DNA of 64,000 bases, taken from IMG/VR virus record IMGVR_UViG_3300028048_000039, positions 280,581-344,580 of that record; one strand, 5' to 3'. Positions 51,601 through 59,755 of this stretch are shown here, piece after piece (positions within the stretch are counted from its first letter, which is position 1; each line of letters begins with the position of its first letter). This DNA is from a virus. Lineage: Duplodnaviria > Caudoviricetes. The position numbers were made by a program, and so were the translations under genes. Under the pieces are notes generated by a model. It made no database searches and had not been told where the DNA came from. It saw only the letters and a list, made by a program, of their open reading frames with translations.

Positions 51601-52113
51601 GAAAAAGTTAGGAAAGGAAAGCCTGGTTATACATATCCTAAACGGATTGATGGTGGTGAATATAATGGGGAATGGATACTTGAAAAAGGTACTTATGTTG
51701 GGTGCTGTACCTCTGGTCCTTCAACTTGGTATAAACGTGAAGGCTCAGATTTATCTTGGACATGGTGGGGAACTGGAGGCGTTGGTGGCTCAACCTACCA
51801 AGAAACTAGTGGTTATCTTAGAGGTGCAGGCTTTAGATTAATATGGCACGGACATCTCGCAGATACAGCGAATGTTACGCCGAACATGTTAGCCCCTGGA
51901 GATATTGGCACATTCCATGTTATAGATAGCAGTGGAAGGGCAACATCACATGGAGTAATGTGGACAGGAAAAGATTGGAGAAGTGATTGTATTCAGAACA
52001 GATTAAGTTGCTATCCTGGCGGTAAAGATAGGCAGGGTGACCACTCAGTTTGTATTTGGAGGCACCCAGATTACCAGGAGCCAGGACATACAGATTTCCC
52101 TGACTTACCATAA
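45673..52113 (+). CDS. Large baseplate hub / tail-associated lysin with Amidase_3-like and CHAP/NlpC-like domains
   Basis: Hub motifs (LGIESINI, V.MMGN.QI.P.MYF.L.N.PM..G.Y.V.KV.H); TPAH/E/PHWN/VVLE amidase pattern; C..GDI..H..MW.G..W.SD..Q. Confidence 0.7.
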   Translation: MKSESFGRVRYVEPTSPQNVNGNMDGGVDDSIAFPYEDYSMAVDLSIEIADRFSCGNTCDTNSIKTYLFSSENGSLSFVGGSKVDGHYNNERVLTTNYTDVSMTNPVDNTQECLGIESINITYNSWLYPQVTIRFVDVRGATVMQQAEENYYAKDDKDWHISKLYQALFTFPYPIFTLRVKGFYGKAVKYKLACQSTDIEFDSNVGSFVITAQFVGYMFGIYADMPMTFVAIAPYMKGGKEYWQDNIDSGVFRFKDVNGTPGSAFITIPELKKKLRKIVIDEEYTSAAAEGQQVESNYDARVEELKGISEKNPFNTFTCKTFGMPKNVSYNVGIKTNLLENIKATTVIILKEGDINSFTAKVSEYYAAIKEFDKKFSTNYCVKNLGAFKYVIENYLDTPVNSKKGDFDNLLRTIVKYEDGNIHLAGKKGFFGVAPDPGDLIGCMIYKYATAATVEYDKWEKEIMDYVVATQKNTGAYSFLVLPGNLSEISNDIASEETKRLYAEKTERMKEAREKMNEIIEKKLGFRPSIKNIFDLVFAHIDTFTHCYYETLDEIRSQLESDSTKRLKSTYSVAPGFSDTEDNSEISKRSDYLPPFTAYYKYRDTDKIKELQWAGELNNGDDLSEVKFVYNLLSAAKDYYDANRKADEDEGDTTTSSLLNAGIDVSTDTFIPATPYDFAYKGKGNPYNDLKADIDSPDFLGKLFFKFALRAKEYDMPLDVNAEETPYFAGLFGKIEAKNLYRAIGDKPSIGLFKFLKAYADGDNKLADTKYFMNVITGKRDEEGLSKVWKFGADNLNDNLYTGSGNNFQYCFNKKDKQKYNFLPLDLSSINRIKSDFAKGPNLINDPDYVTLSDRENLEYKGSFEYGKPLKCGDFIVLNTGTYVDKILENALRVDKDEAKKQQKEKEEEAKKESGDNATQEPVPVNEKTKDGVYMAKRETKNFSKLFGKDYALIKDDNDKSYICDKNIIVAGHKIDEDSGETDENYNKVGTEALQSWIAAESPDLNKVFLRYPCQINDTTKSPLYFKQYDGKSLIDYQDNNLSKAFLFLMSIPVQGRNFALYGDGTIKNPKQRVSVVLKIRLLREGAIYWRQDMIKNNGSDDLNQSDPIKLPDGYAHPGPDEFFTQGNDNKETIQISTSSGYVNIKEPIDLIPGGRVSSRRETIKQLFMKWATDTSDTGFVKNNTRLRDEKFYEDPKTGKLDIKLADPALKNTTAITSLNKEAQSLQAFLRDVYFGLYTTITTLPTVRFNEAHMQYAFYDFMRALRSIYKEDVDAVEDNPVEEAKKITEAATQDPFKSKDIRLAIYMSLKSLYDKWICSACGQKTWNLADSNSDFSNFTYIDTYYHDIGYLLNVNIDTVSDWLQTLLPSSELYAQDTSFHYQGKSVFEFLAGVAENCGGLLMALPQRFGLASEDDVINMFTPQPITTNWDEDTCSFLFMYSYKPSEHLGDGEDVDMNGWSQKGDGFDLTDEEVTGELFNDDGYAIPGFGVTYAKQNQSIFKNITLTTKDAGVTEASLAATFNIAAQQEKKGPRETILYGQDIYRIYSQYSYSCGVEMMGNMQITPLMYFQLNNIPMWHGTYMVKKVTHDITAGNISTKFEGMRVNKYAIPLSDIGVISTALAPPRETTSGTLMTADGAVLSEEQPGDPNVQTPELDYTIANAISETNPLFVLTPAHSNDSKDAKKNENYWSSKVIELVKTALDGLNSGKPDNEKYLYYICNTNTPGQYNLSDARAFANKYGSEKVVSIVPHWNIGMGNRFDVFYGIDNGSTYKINKKSPYLAQCFKRGAEINKENKDFNGKRTKGGQDGAISTSGNFQAGNKNDVKDDALIWDNVTPPAVVLEMWFGDYYNKDCKDKITFTNGAVDLIPDGPNSQVFDGDGNYAVMGYWLLDLHGGRSEAAAIIVDGIMNYVSWLKGGKGAMEGVNITAQCGSQQTGDTSSFTPEGYNGEITNEKMKAVLKNFSSFTSQQYGEKYREKVRKGKPGYTYPKRIDGGEYNGEWILEKGTYVGCCTSGPSTWYKREGSDLSWTWWGTGGVGGSTYQETSGYLRGAGFRLIWHGHLADTANVTPNMLAPGDIGTFHVIDSSGRATSHGVMWTGKDWRSDCIQNRLSCYPGGKDRQGDHSVCIWRHPDYQEPGHTDFPDLP

Positions 52114-52139
52114 TATTTATATTTAAAAAAGAAGAACTT

Positions 52140-52727
52140 ATGCCAGATAATGTAAATTGTTCAGTAAGTACGACAGGAGATTTTAACCCACCAGTTGCTG
52201 GTGGTTCGTGGATGGAATCAGTTGTAAATATGGGTAATTGGTACATGGAAAATGTTTTCACTTATCACGGGGCATGTCACAATAAGTGTAGTAAAACAAT
52301 ACATAGTTCGTACTATGATTGTCCTTTGGTGCCTAATGGAAGCGTCCGTGATGATTGTAGCGGCTATGTTTATGCTTGTCTTACTCTTTTTAATAGAAAC
52401 ATATATGTATCTGGTCTTGGCACTGGCTCATTAGCACGAACATATACTAGTCAAGATACAGAAATAGCAAAGAAATTAGCAGCAAACGGTTTTACTTATA
52501 TACCATTTGACTATAATAAATTACAACGTGGAGATATTATAGCAAGTCAGAAGCACGTTGAAATAGTTGATGACCATACAAAAAATAGGTCATATTCGTG
52601 GGGAAACGTGAGAAATGGAAAATCACGTGGCGAATGCTGCATTTCTGGAACTGCGGCCCAAATTAATGGTACTTCATGTAAAATTGCATCAAATGGTTAT
52701 ACAGCAATCTGGCGTTATACTGGATAA
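52140..52727 (+). CDS. NlpC/P60-type peptidoglycan hydrolase
   Basis: RDDCSGYV, LQRGDII, HVEI, YSWG. Confidence 0.75.
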   Translation: MPDNVNCSVSTTGDFNPPVAGGSWMESVVNMGNWYMENVFTYHGACHNKCSKTIHSSYYDCPLVPNGSVRDDCSGYVYACLTLFNRNIYVSGLGTGSLARTYTSQDTEIAKKLAANGFTYIPFDYNKLQRGDIIASQKHVEIVDDHTKNRSYSWGNVRNGKSRGECCISGTAAQINGTSCKIASNGYTAIWRYTG

Positions 52728-52728
52728 A

Positions 52729-52761
52729 TTTGTTTTTCTAAAATTTTCTTTGTATGTTTGC
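52729..52761 (+). promoter_or_regulatory. Bacteroidota sigma-A-type promoter
   Basis: TTTG-N20-TATGTTTG matches the -33 TTTG / -7 TAnnTTTG consensus. Confidence 0.6.
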
Positions 52762-52767
52762 TGTGAC

Positions 52768-53349
52768 ATGAAACAGATTGCAAACATATTAACGAAGAAT
52801 AAGTTTTCAGGCAGTACATTGTATAATGTAACAGCAACTAAGGGAGGTCTTATTGAGGGGCTTCCTACATTGGTTATTGGTAACTCATTGACAAAGGACT
52901 ACTTCCCGAATTATAGTATCATTGATGCAAAGGTTAATGATGATACCTTCTGGACTTATGGTCCGAGGGAAAAGAGGGATAGATATGAAGAAAACCTAGT
53001 TAAGTTTAACAGGTATGCAGTCGATAATGCCATCAAGAACGTGAAGTATGTCTTTGTTCCAATTATAACATTGACAAAGAAGAGGTTTGATGACCTCATT
53101 ACGTTCATTGAGACAATTAGTGGGAAGACATTTATATATAATAATATGTGTTATGTCTATAAGGACGGTAGTGACGATGTGTTAGGTATATCACTTTCAG
53201 ACCTTGAGTATATTGGCTACGATATCAAGGTATTCCTTTCAAAGATTTATAATAATACTAGTTTAATTAATATTTCTTCAAAGGATATACCATTGGAAAT
53301 TAGGGACCTTTTTCAAGGAAATATGTATGTTATACCTTATATAATGTAA
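52768..53349 (+). CDS. Hypothetical protein
   Basis: ATG at 52768 just after the promoter; LPTLVIG, FWTY. Confidence 0.7.
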   Translation: MKQIANILTKNKFSGSTLYNVTATKGGLIEGLPTLVIGNSLTKDYFPNYSIIDAKVNDDTFWTYGPREKRDRYEENLVKFNRYAVDNAIKNVKYVFVPIITLTKKRFDDLITFIETISGKTFIYNNMCYVYKDGSDDVLGISLSDLEYIGYDIKVFLSKIYNNTSLINISSKDIPLEIRDLFQGNMYVIPYIM

Positions 53350-53389
53350 TTTTTTCTTATTTCACTACTATTTATGTAAAAGAATTATT

Positions 53390-53692
53390 ATGGGATTAAA
53401 ATTTGTACATAAGAGATTTCCTAAGAGGGAAGCCGTAGAGGAAAAGCCTGCGGTAGTTGTCCCTGCACCTGTAGTTAAGGAAAAGAAGGTGGAGGAAAAA
53501 CCCAAGAATAAGAAAGCAAAAAAGAGTAATAATATGATTACATTAGAACAAATCGAAGCCGCTGAAACTGCAGTTGAAGCTATTGCTCCTGAGACTGTAA
53601 AGCGTGTTAAAAAAGACCGTGGTCTTATCGAAAGAACTGAATCTTCAAAAATAATACTTACCGAAGATAATAGGCAGGTACTTAACGATTAA
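53390..53692 (+). CDS. Lys-rich hypothetical protein
   Basis: 100 aa; GLIERTE..IILTED..LLND-like end; CTATTTAT at 53368. Confidence 0.7.
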   Translation: MGLKFVHKRFPKREAVEEKPAVVVPAPVVKEKKVEEKPKNKKAKKSNNMITLEQIEAAETAVEAIAPETVKRVKKDRGLIERTESSKIILTEDNRQVLND

Positions 53693-53700
53693 TATTAGTC

Positions 53701-54591
53701 ATGTTGCTTAAAGAGGATTATAAGAAGAAATTTAGACGTTGCATATTAGAATATACTTCACTCGACAACGGACTTTACGAAGTTGGAGATGAAGACCCAA
53801 ATGCTGCACCAGCAGGTGTGCCTGGTGGCAATATGGGTGGTGACCCAGGAATGGGCAGTCCTGATGCCGGAATGGGCGGAGACCCTAATATGGGAGGTGA
53901 CCCAGGAATGGGTGGAGACCCTAATATAGGCGGAGACCCTAATATGGGAGGTGACCCAGGAATGGGTGGTGCTGCTCCAGGTGGAGACGGACAAGGCCCA
54001 GAAGGTTTCCAGCCACAGAACGTAGACCCTAATGCTGGTCTTGATGGCATGGGTTCAGACCCAAATGCTGAGAATGGTGGTGAAAATCCAGGGCCAGAAC
54101 CTGGCCCAGATGCCGCACCACAGGGACCAGATGATGAAATGCCTGAGGAAGGTGGGGAAGAAGAGGAAGTGATTGATGTTGATGAATTAACTGATACACA
54201 GGAAGAAACCGAAAAGAAAGTTGAAGCCCTCTCAAAGAAATTTGAAAAGGTTATGAATTCTCTTGACAGTATCGAGAAGCGTATTAGTGACATTGATGCT
54301 CACACCAATCAGTACCTTGGTTCTCTCAAGACCGAGTTCGAGAAGAGAAATCCAACCCCAATGCAGAGAATGACAATGCGTTCAGCAAAGTCTGCACCTT
54401 ATGGCATGACGCCTAATGAGTACATGAATAATTACGCACCAGATAATTATAGCTCTGAGAGCGATAACAATGGTGCTGACGACCCACAGTATAAGATTAC
54501 CAAGGACGATATTGATAACTTTACTGATTATTCATCAATTGCTAAGGAATTTGATGGCAAGATGGGTCTTCATGATATTTTAGGCTATTAA
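53701..54591 (+). CDS. Acidic Gly/Pro-rich protein with coiled coil (scaffold/core-like)
   Basis: MLLKE...ILEY...LYE; GGDP(N/G)M repeats; EVIDVDELT. Confidence 0.7.
   Translation: MLLKEDYKKKFRRCILEYTSLDNGLYEVGDEDPNAAPAGVPGGNMGGDPGMGSPDAGMGGDPNMGGDPGMGGDPNIGGDPNMGGDPGMGGAAPGGDGQGPEGFQPQNVDPNAGLDGMGSDPNAENGGENPGPEPGPDAAPQGPDDEMPEEGGEEEEVIDVDELTDTQEETEKKVEALSKKFEKVMNSLDSIEKRISDIDAHTNQYLGSLKTEFEKRNPTPMQRMTMRSAKSAPYGMTPNEYMNNYAPDNYSSESDNNGADDPQYKITKDDIDNFTDYSSIAKEFDGKMGLHDILGY
53836..53964 (+). repeat. 18-bp coding tandem repeat (GGDPGM/GGDPNM)
   Basis: About 7 units, e.g. GGAGGTGACCCAGGAATG and GGCGGAGACCCTAATATG. Confidence 0.85.
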
Positions 54592-54604
54592 AAGGAAAGG
54601 CAAT

Positions 54605-54640
54605 TGGGCTGCAAAAATTTTTGTGGCCCATTTTGTTTTT
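54605..54640 (+). terminator. Intrinsic terminator
   Basis: TGGGCTGCAAAA / TTTTGTGGCCCA plus T tract. Confidence 0.7.
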
Positions 54641-54708
54641 TCAAAAATTTATTTGTATATTTACTAAAAAATATTTTAATAATAATTTGTTTAAAAAAAT
54701 TTAAGATT

Positions 54709-55731
54709 ATGGGAAATTTGATTGATTTACCGAACATTAATCCTGAATCAATAGTTATTGATGGGGAAAAAACTTCTAAAAGTGTAAAAAATTCATCATT
54801 CGATGAAAAGAATTATTTGAACATTCGTTTGAATAAAGATGAAAGTGAGAAGACAATTACAATTCGCCTTCTTCCAATGGACCTTCAGACAGGTAATCCA
54901 TTTGTAAAAATTCACGTTCACAATGTTGAGGTTAATAAGAAAATGGTTGCACAGGGTGCAAAGCCATATAAATCTTATATATGCCTTCGTAAGACAGAGG
55001 ACATCGACCATGAGAAGTATGGAAGAAAGTGTCCTTATTGTGAGTTGAATTATCAGGCTTATCTTGAATCAACGAAGGAAACCGACCCAATTAAGAAACA
55101 GGAGCTTCAGAATGCTTCAATTGCAAATAGAGAGCGTGAGGCTGTCATTGTTAGATGTATTGAGAGAGGTAAGGAGGATGAAGGCGTTAAATTCTGGAAA
55201 TTTAATCTTCGTGCAGACAAGACTGACCCTTATCATCAGATTATAAAGTTGTACAACCTCCGTAAGGAAGCTGCCGAGAAGAAGGGTAAGACTGAGAATA
55301 TCCTTGACATTTATGAGGGACGTGACCTTAGTATTACCATTACCGCAGATGGTACCTCAGCACCAACAATTGTTGATGATAGTGATAGAAGTCCTCTTTC
55401 TGAGAATGCAGAACAGATGAAGGCATGGATTTATGATAAGAAAAAGTGGCAGGATGTATTTACATGCAAGCCTTATGAGTATCTTAAACTTGTTTCAGAG
55501 TTCCGCATCCCTTGGTTTGATAAGGAACATAACATCTGGGTTGACAAGGAAGAGTTTGATGGCGTACATAATGACGAAGTAAAGGAAGCAAATGATAAAA
55601 TTGCTACCGCCGAGAAACAACTCGTTATTGAAGATATGCCTGAAGCTCAGCCAGAACCAGTTGTTGAGAAGAAAGATGGCTTTATTAATTCAATAAGCAT
55701 TGAAGAGGACGAGGACGGTCTTCCATTTTAA
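54709..55731 (+). CDS. Single-stranded DNA-binding protein (gp32-like)
   Basis: IRLLP, H...C...CPYC, GRDL.I; acidic tip EEDEDGLPF; ATG at 54709. Confidence 0.85.
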   Translation: MGNLIDLPNINPESIVIDGEKTSKSVKNSSFDEKNYLNIRLNKDESEKTITIRLLPMDLQTGNPFVKIHVHNVEVNKKMVAQGAKPYKSYICLRKTEDIDHEKYGRKCPYCELNYQAYLESTKETDPIKKQELQNASIANREREAVIVRCIERGKEDEGVKFWKFNLRADKTDPYHQIIKLYNLRKEAAEKKGKTENILDIYEGRDLSITITADGTSAPTIVDDSDRSPLSENAEQMKAWIYDKKKWQDVFTCKPYEYLKLVSEFRIPWFDKEHNIWVDKEEFDGVHNDEVKEANDKIATAEKQLVIEDMPEAQPEPVVEKKDGFINSISIEEDEDGLPF

Positions 55732-55733
55732 TT

Positions 55734-56360
55734 ATGAGTCACGGAAAAATAATCTTTAAATATGGAACCATGGGAAGTGGGAAAAGTCTCCACCTTCTCG
55801 CTACCGCACATAATTTTCAGGAGCATTGCATTCCTTTTATAATACTTAAAAGTGCAGTGGACACTCGTGATGGGGAAAACGTTATACACTCTCGTGCCTT
55901 AGGGGATAGGGAGTGTATAAGCGTCCTCCCTTCTGATAACATTTTTGAAATTGTTTCTGATTATTATAAGGAAACATTTCAGGGAGTTGACCTTTTTAAG
56001 TGGATACTTGTTGATGAAGCACAATTCCTTACAGAAAGTCAGGTTGAAGAACTTGCAGCAATAGCAGATAAGTATGGTGTTAATATAATTTGCTATGGAT
56101 TGAGGACTGACTTCCAGAGCCACTTATTTCCGGGGTCTAAACGTCTCTTTGAAATTGCTGACTCAGTTGAGGAAATAAAATCCAGTTGCTACTGTGGTTG
56201 CAAGACAGTATTCAATGCGAGGGTTAATGCTAACAAGGAAATTGTTACTGACGGAGAACAAGTAGAAATTGGCGGTGATGATAAGTATGTTTCATTGTGT
56301 AGAAAATGTTATTTCAAGAAGATAGGCCATCCATTGTATAATAAGGACATGAAAAAGTAA
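55734..56360 (+). CDS. tdk: Thymidine kinase
   Basis: GTMGSGKS, VDEAQFL, YGLRTDF, LFPGS, C.CG, Y.SLCRKC. Confidence 0.95.
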   Translation: MSHGKIIFKYGTMGSGKSLHLLATAHNFQEHCIPFIILKSAVDTRDGENVIHSRALGDRECISVLPSDNIFEIVSDYYKETFQGVDLFKWILVDEAQFLTESQVEELAAIADKYGVNIICYGLRTDFQSHLFPGSKRLFEIADSVEEIKSSCYCGCKTVFNARVNANKEIVTDGEQVEIGGDDKYVSLCRKCYFKKIGHPLYNKDMKK

Positions 56361-56363
56361 GCA

Positions 56364-57125
56364 ATGAAGAAGGACGGAAAAATATTATTTGAAATGTACA
56401 CAATGGACACTATTAGATTAAATGGTGACCAGTATGTTATTTCTGAAGGGCTGATTAGGACATACCCAATTGAAAAAGTTGTTGAATGTCTTGCAAGGTT
56501 ATTTAACTTAGCGACTGATTCAAAGCTTTTACCACAAGTTGAAGCTGGTCAGTCAAAGTATAATGGCCTTATAAATATTGCTGAAGGAAATAATGACACA
56601 AAAGAAATCCTAGTGTTTGTTCCAGATTCAGAATATAATAAGGAAAATATTGATAAGTATATGAATAAGTGGGGATACTTTTGTTCATATAAACGTAAAT
56701 ACCTAAATAAAGCTGACCTCATAATCCTTCAATATGAAAAGAAGTTTGATATTGACGTAACAGACTATATTAAAAAAAGTGGGGTTATTTATCATATTGC
56801 CCCTAACAATGTAGTTGAAAAAATTATGAAGAAGGGGCTTATTCCTAAAAATTCTACATGGCAGTTTTCACACGAAGGAAGAGTTTATTGTTTCTATCAG
56901 CCATTATCAGACTTTGGTTTTAACGAATTTGTTAACGATTTTCAATATAATAAGAAAATAGGTAAAAATAATAATGGTTTTTCGTTACTTCAGATAGATG
57001 TTTCATTACTAAACAATGATGTAAAATTTTATGCGGACCCAAGGCAGATAAATGCTGTCTATACAATGGATAATATTCCTCCGCAAGCAATTAAAATAAT
57101 AAGAACAAAAAAATTTGATAATTAA
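56364..57125 (+). CDS. Tpt1/KptA-like ADP-ribosyltransferase-fold protein
   Basis: IYHIA....KIMKKGLIPK...RVY, LLQID, FY.DP, VYT..NIPP.AI. Confidence 0.6.
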   Translation: MKKDGKILFEMYTMDTIRLNGDQYVISEGLIRTYPIEKVVECLARLFNLATDSKLLPQVEAGQSKYNGLINIAEGNNDTKEILVFVPDSEYNKENIDKYMNKWGYFCSYKRKYLNKADLIILQYEKKFDIDVTDYIKKSGVIYHIAPNNVVEKIMKKGLIPKNSTWQFSHEGRVYCFYQPLSDFGFNEFVNDFQYNKKIGKNNNGFSLLQIDVSLLNNDVKFYADPRQINAVYTMDNIPPQAIKIIRTKKFDN

Positions 57126-57127
57126 TT

Positions 57128-58357
57128 ATGGCACAACCATTAAAGAAAGTACCGATTAAGAAGAAATCTACGATTGCAGACCTTAAGTCAAAGATGGGTC
57201 TTGGTGTTTCAGTTGAGAAGGGTAAAATTCAGGGTTCAAGTAATGCTGATAAACCTATTGATTGGCTGATTATGCCAAAGGCATTCCAGGAAGCACTTAA
57301 GTTACCTGGATTTCCACAAGGTTATGTTTCCACTGTCTGCGGCCACTCAAATACAGGAAAATCCACACTCATTAACCATGCGATTGTTGCTGCTCAGAGA
57401 CAGGGTCTTATCCCAGTAATTTATGATACTGAGAATAACTTCGACTTCAAGTATGCAATTGATATGGGTATGGTTGCAGAACCTGTTTATGGCGATGTTC
57501 AGGTTGAGAAAGTAGACCCAGTTACCGGAGAAGTAAGTTGGGTTACAGAGAATAGGATAATTGAGTATGATGGTCCATTCTTCTACTTTAACAATGCAAT
57601 CCTCATTGATAGATATGGCGATAAGGATTATGCAACAGGTAAAACATTGGCAAAGAAGAGGAGCAAGGCAATCATTGAGGACATTGTCTATTCAATTAAT
57701 GAGTTCTTGGAGTATCAGGCAAATGGCGACATTGAACAGGGTCTTGTCTTTGTATGGGATTCAGTTGGAAGTGTTGGTGGATTGAAGGCATATAATAGTA
57801 AGGTTGGAAACCCTATGTTTGACGCTGGTACAATCTCAGCAGCATTCCAGGAAATCATGGATAGTTCAATTCCATCATCAAGGAAGGTTTCAGCAAAATA
57901 CACAAATACTCTTATATTAGTAAATAAGGTATGGCTTGATGCAACATCAAATCCAGTTGGACCTCCAAGTCTTGAAATGAAGGGAGGAAAGTCTATCACT
58001 TACAGAAGCCGCTTGATAATTCTCGTTGGTGGGCAGCTTAAAGCATCTGTCAAGAGGTTATCAGCAATATCAAAGGGATTGACTTATAACTATGCTATTC
58101 AGACAAAAGTAAAAGTCTTGAAAAATCAGCTTCCGAGCCCATTTAATGTAACATACGAAGGCGACTTCATTTGTACTGATATCGGAATTATCGGAACAAG
58201 TAAGGAAGAACAGGATGAGTACAAGAAGAATAGGGCCCCTGAACTCCTCAAGAAGTTGAATGAGATTGCAATTAACAACGGAAAGAGTGAAACCGTTACC
58301 AATGTTGAAGATATCTCGTTTGTTGAGGAAGATGGTGAAGAAATGATACTTGAGTAG
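57128..58357 (+). CDS. RecA/UvsX-like recombinase
   Basis: GHSNTGKST Walker A, YDTE, WDSVGS, NKVW, MKGG. Confidence 0.88.
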   Translation: MAQPLKKVPIKKKSTIADLKSKMGLGVSVEKGKIQGSSNADKPIDWLIMPKAFQEALKLPGFPQGYVSTVCGHSNTGKSTLINHAIVAAQRQGLIPVIYDTENNFDFKYAIDMGMVAEPVYGDVQVEKVDPVTGEVSWVTENRIIEYDGPFFYFNNAILIDRYGDKDYATGKTLAKKRSKAIIEDIVYSINEFLEYQANGDIEQGLVFVWDSVGSVGGLKAYNSKVGNPMFDAGTISAAFQEIMDSSIPSSRKVSAKYTNTLILVNKVWLDATSNPVGPPSLEMKGGKSITYRSRLIILVGGQLKASVKRLSAISKGLTYNYAIQTKVKVLKNQLPSPFNVTYEGDFICTDIGIIGTSKEEQDEYKKNRAPELLKKLNEIAINNGKSETVTNVEDISFVEEDGEEMILE

Positions 58358-58363
58358 AGTAAG

Positions 58364-58392
58364 AAACCACGGATGAAAATCTGTGGTTTTTT
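58364..58392 (+). terminator. Intrinsic terminator
   Basis: AAACCACGGAT-GAAA-ATCTGTGGTTT plus T tract. Confidence 0.8.
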
Positions 58393-58430
58393 ATTTGCTT
58401 TTTCCGAAAAAAATATGTATATTATAATAT

Positions 58431-59663
58431 ATGAATCAACCAGTAAGAAAAATAATAAAGGAAAGTCATCCTGAGGTAGGAGTTAAACCAATCTACACAT
58501 TGCTTGTAGATGGAAACAACCTACTTAGGATAAGTATGACCGATACTAAGGTCAATGCTGATGGTATTCATTATGGTGGTATATTTCAATTTTTCCTTCA
58601 GTTGAAACTGCTCATGAGGGATTATAAATATGATTACATTTACATTGTATTTGATGATACTGATAGTGGAATATTGCGTTACCAATTATATAATGAATAT
58701 AAGGCAAATCGTGATAAGAATTATGCAAAGCATTTAATAAATGGTGCTGAGGAAACTGATTATTGGAAGAGATTAAACCAGACGATTAAGTGCATGGAGA
58801 AAGCAATATACGATAAACAAAAGAAGAAAAAGAGAGAAGATAATCTTTCAGAAGAAGAGCTTGCATTGAGAGAGGAACGCAGGAAGAAGAAGGAGATTGT
58901 TGACGAAAACTTTGAAAGGGAAAGGAACATCATTATGATGTATTGTATGGAGCTTTTCATAAGAGTTCTCTTTGATGACAAGACCGAGGGTGATGATTTC
59001 ATTGCATATTATGTTCTCCATAAGAAACCAGAGGAAAGGATTGTCATTGTAAGTACAGACCAAGACCTTACCCAATTAATTTCACCAACCGTGTCCGTTT
59101 ATAATAAGAAGTTGAGAAAATATCTCTCAGTTAAGAACTTTAAAAACATTAAGGGCTTCCCGGTTGAGAATGTCCTTCTGAAGAAGATATTTTGTGGTGA
59201 TACTTCAGATAATATAGGTAACATTAAGGGGCTTTCTGAGGCGAGGCTTATGGAAATGATGCCGGAAATTGCTGAAAGGCCAGTTACCGTTGATGAAGTG
59301 AAGAAGAGGGCACAGAAATTGATTGATGAAAGGGTAAATGAGAAGAAGAAACCACTTCAATGGCATGAGAACATCATTAATGGAGTATCAAATAAGGAAT
59401 ATAATGGTGACTTCTATGAAATAAATGAGAAAATTATTGACCTGAAGCACCCATTATTGACGAAGGCTGCTGAGGAGAACATTGAGAACATGATGTACGC
59501 CCCTATGGACCCAGAAGGTCGTTCATTTGAGAACCTTTATGCGATGATTAAGCGTGATGGTATTGAGGACCTAATTAATCCAAACGTCTTTGCAAGTTTT
59601 TTCATTCCATTTAAGGAATTAGCAGATAGAGAAAAAAAGAGATTTGAAGAAAATATTGAATAA
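58431..59663 (+). CDS. 5'-3' exonuclease / flap endonuclease (T4 RNase H-like)
   Basis: LLVDGNNL, YKANR, EGDDFIA, STDQDL.QL, GDTSDNI..IKG. Confidence 0.92.
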   Translation: MNQPVRKIIKESHPEVGVKPIYTLLVDGNNLLRISMTDTKVNADGIHYGGIFQFFLQLKLLMRDYKYDYIYIVFDDTDSGILRYQLYNEYKANRDKNYAKHLINGAEETDYWKRLNQTIKCMEKAIYDKQKKKKREDNLSEEELALREERRKKKEIVDENFERERNIIMMYCMELFIRVLFDDKTEGDDFIAYYVLHKKPEERIVIVSTDQDLTQLISPTVSVYNKKLRKYLSVKNFKNIKGFPVENVLLKKIFCGDTSDNIGNIKGLSEARLMEMMPEIAERPVTVDEVKKRAQKLIDERVNEKKKPLQWHENIINGVSNKEYNGDFYEINEKIIDLKHPLLTKAAEENIENMMYAPMDPEGRSFENLYAMIKRDGIEDLINPNVFASFFIPFKELADREKKRFEENIE

Positions 59664-59690
59664 TTTTTTGGGGAAGTGGAAAATATTTTA

Positions 59691-59706
59691 TATATTTACC
59701 ATCGGA
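59691..59706 (+). promoter_or_regulatory. Promoter element TATATTTACCATCGGA
   Basis: Identical to the element upstream of polB; TTTG about 20 nt upstream. Confidence 0.6.
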
Positions 59707-59755
59707 TTCTAGAAAAGATAGTTTACTGATTGTTTAACTTTTAATTTTTAATTTT

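Noticed and set aside
28689-54708. Longer starts in the ORF track (28689, 30053, 45118, 52615, 54604; also 5838 and 11051)
   Set aside because: They overlap upstream genes, terminators or promoter motifs; the downstream ATGs fit better.
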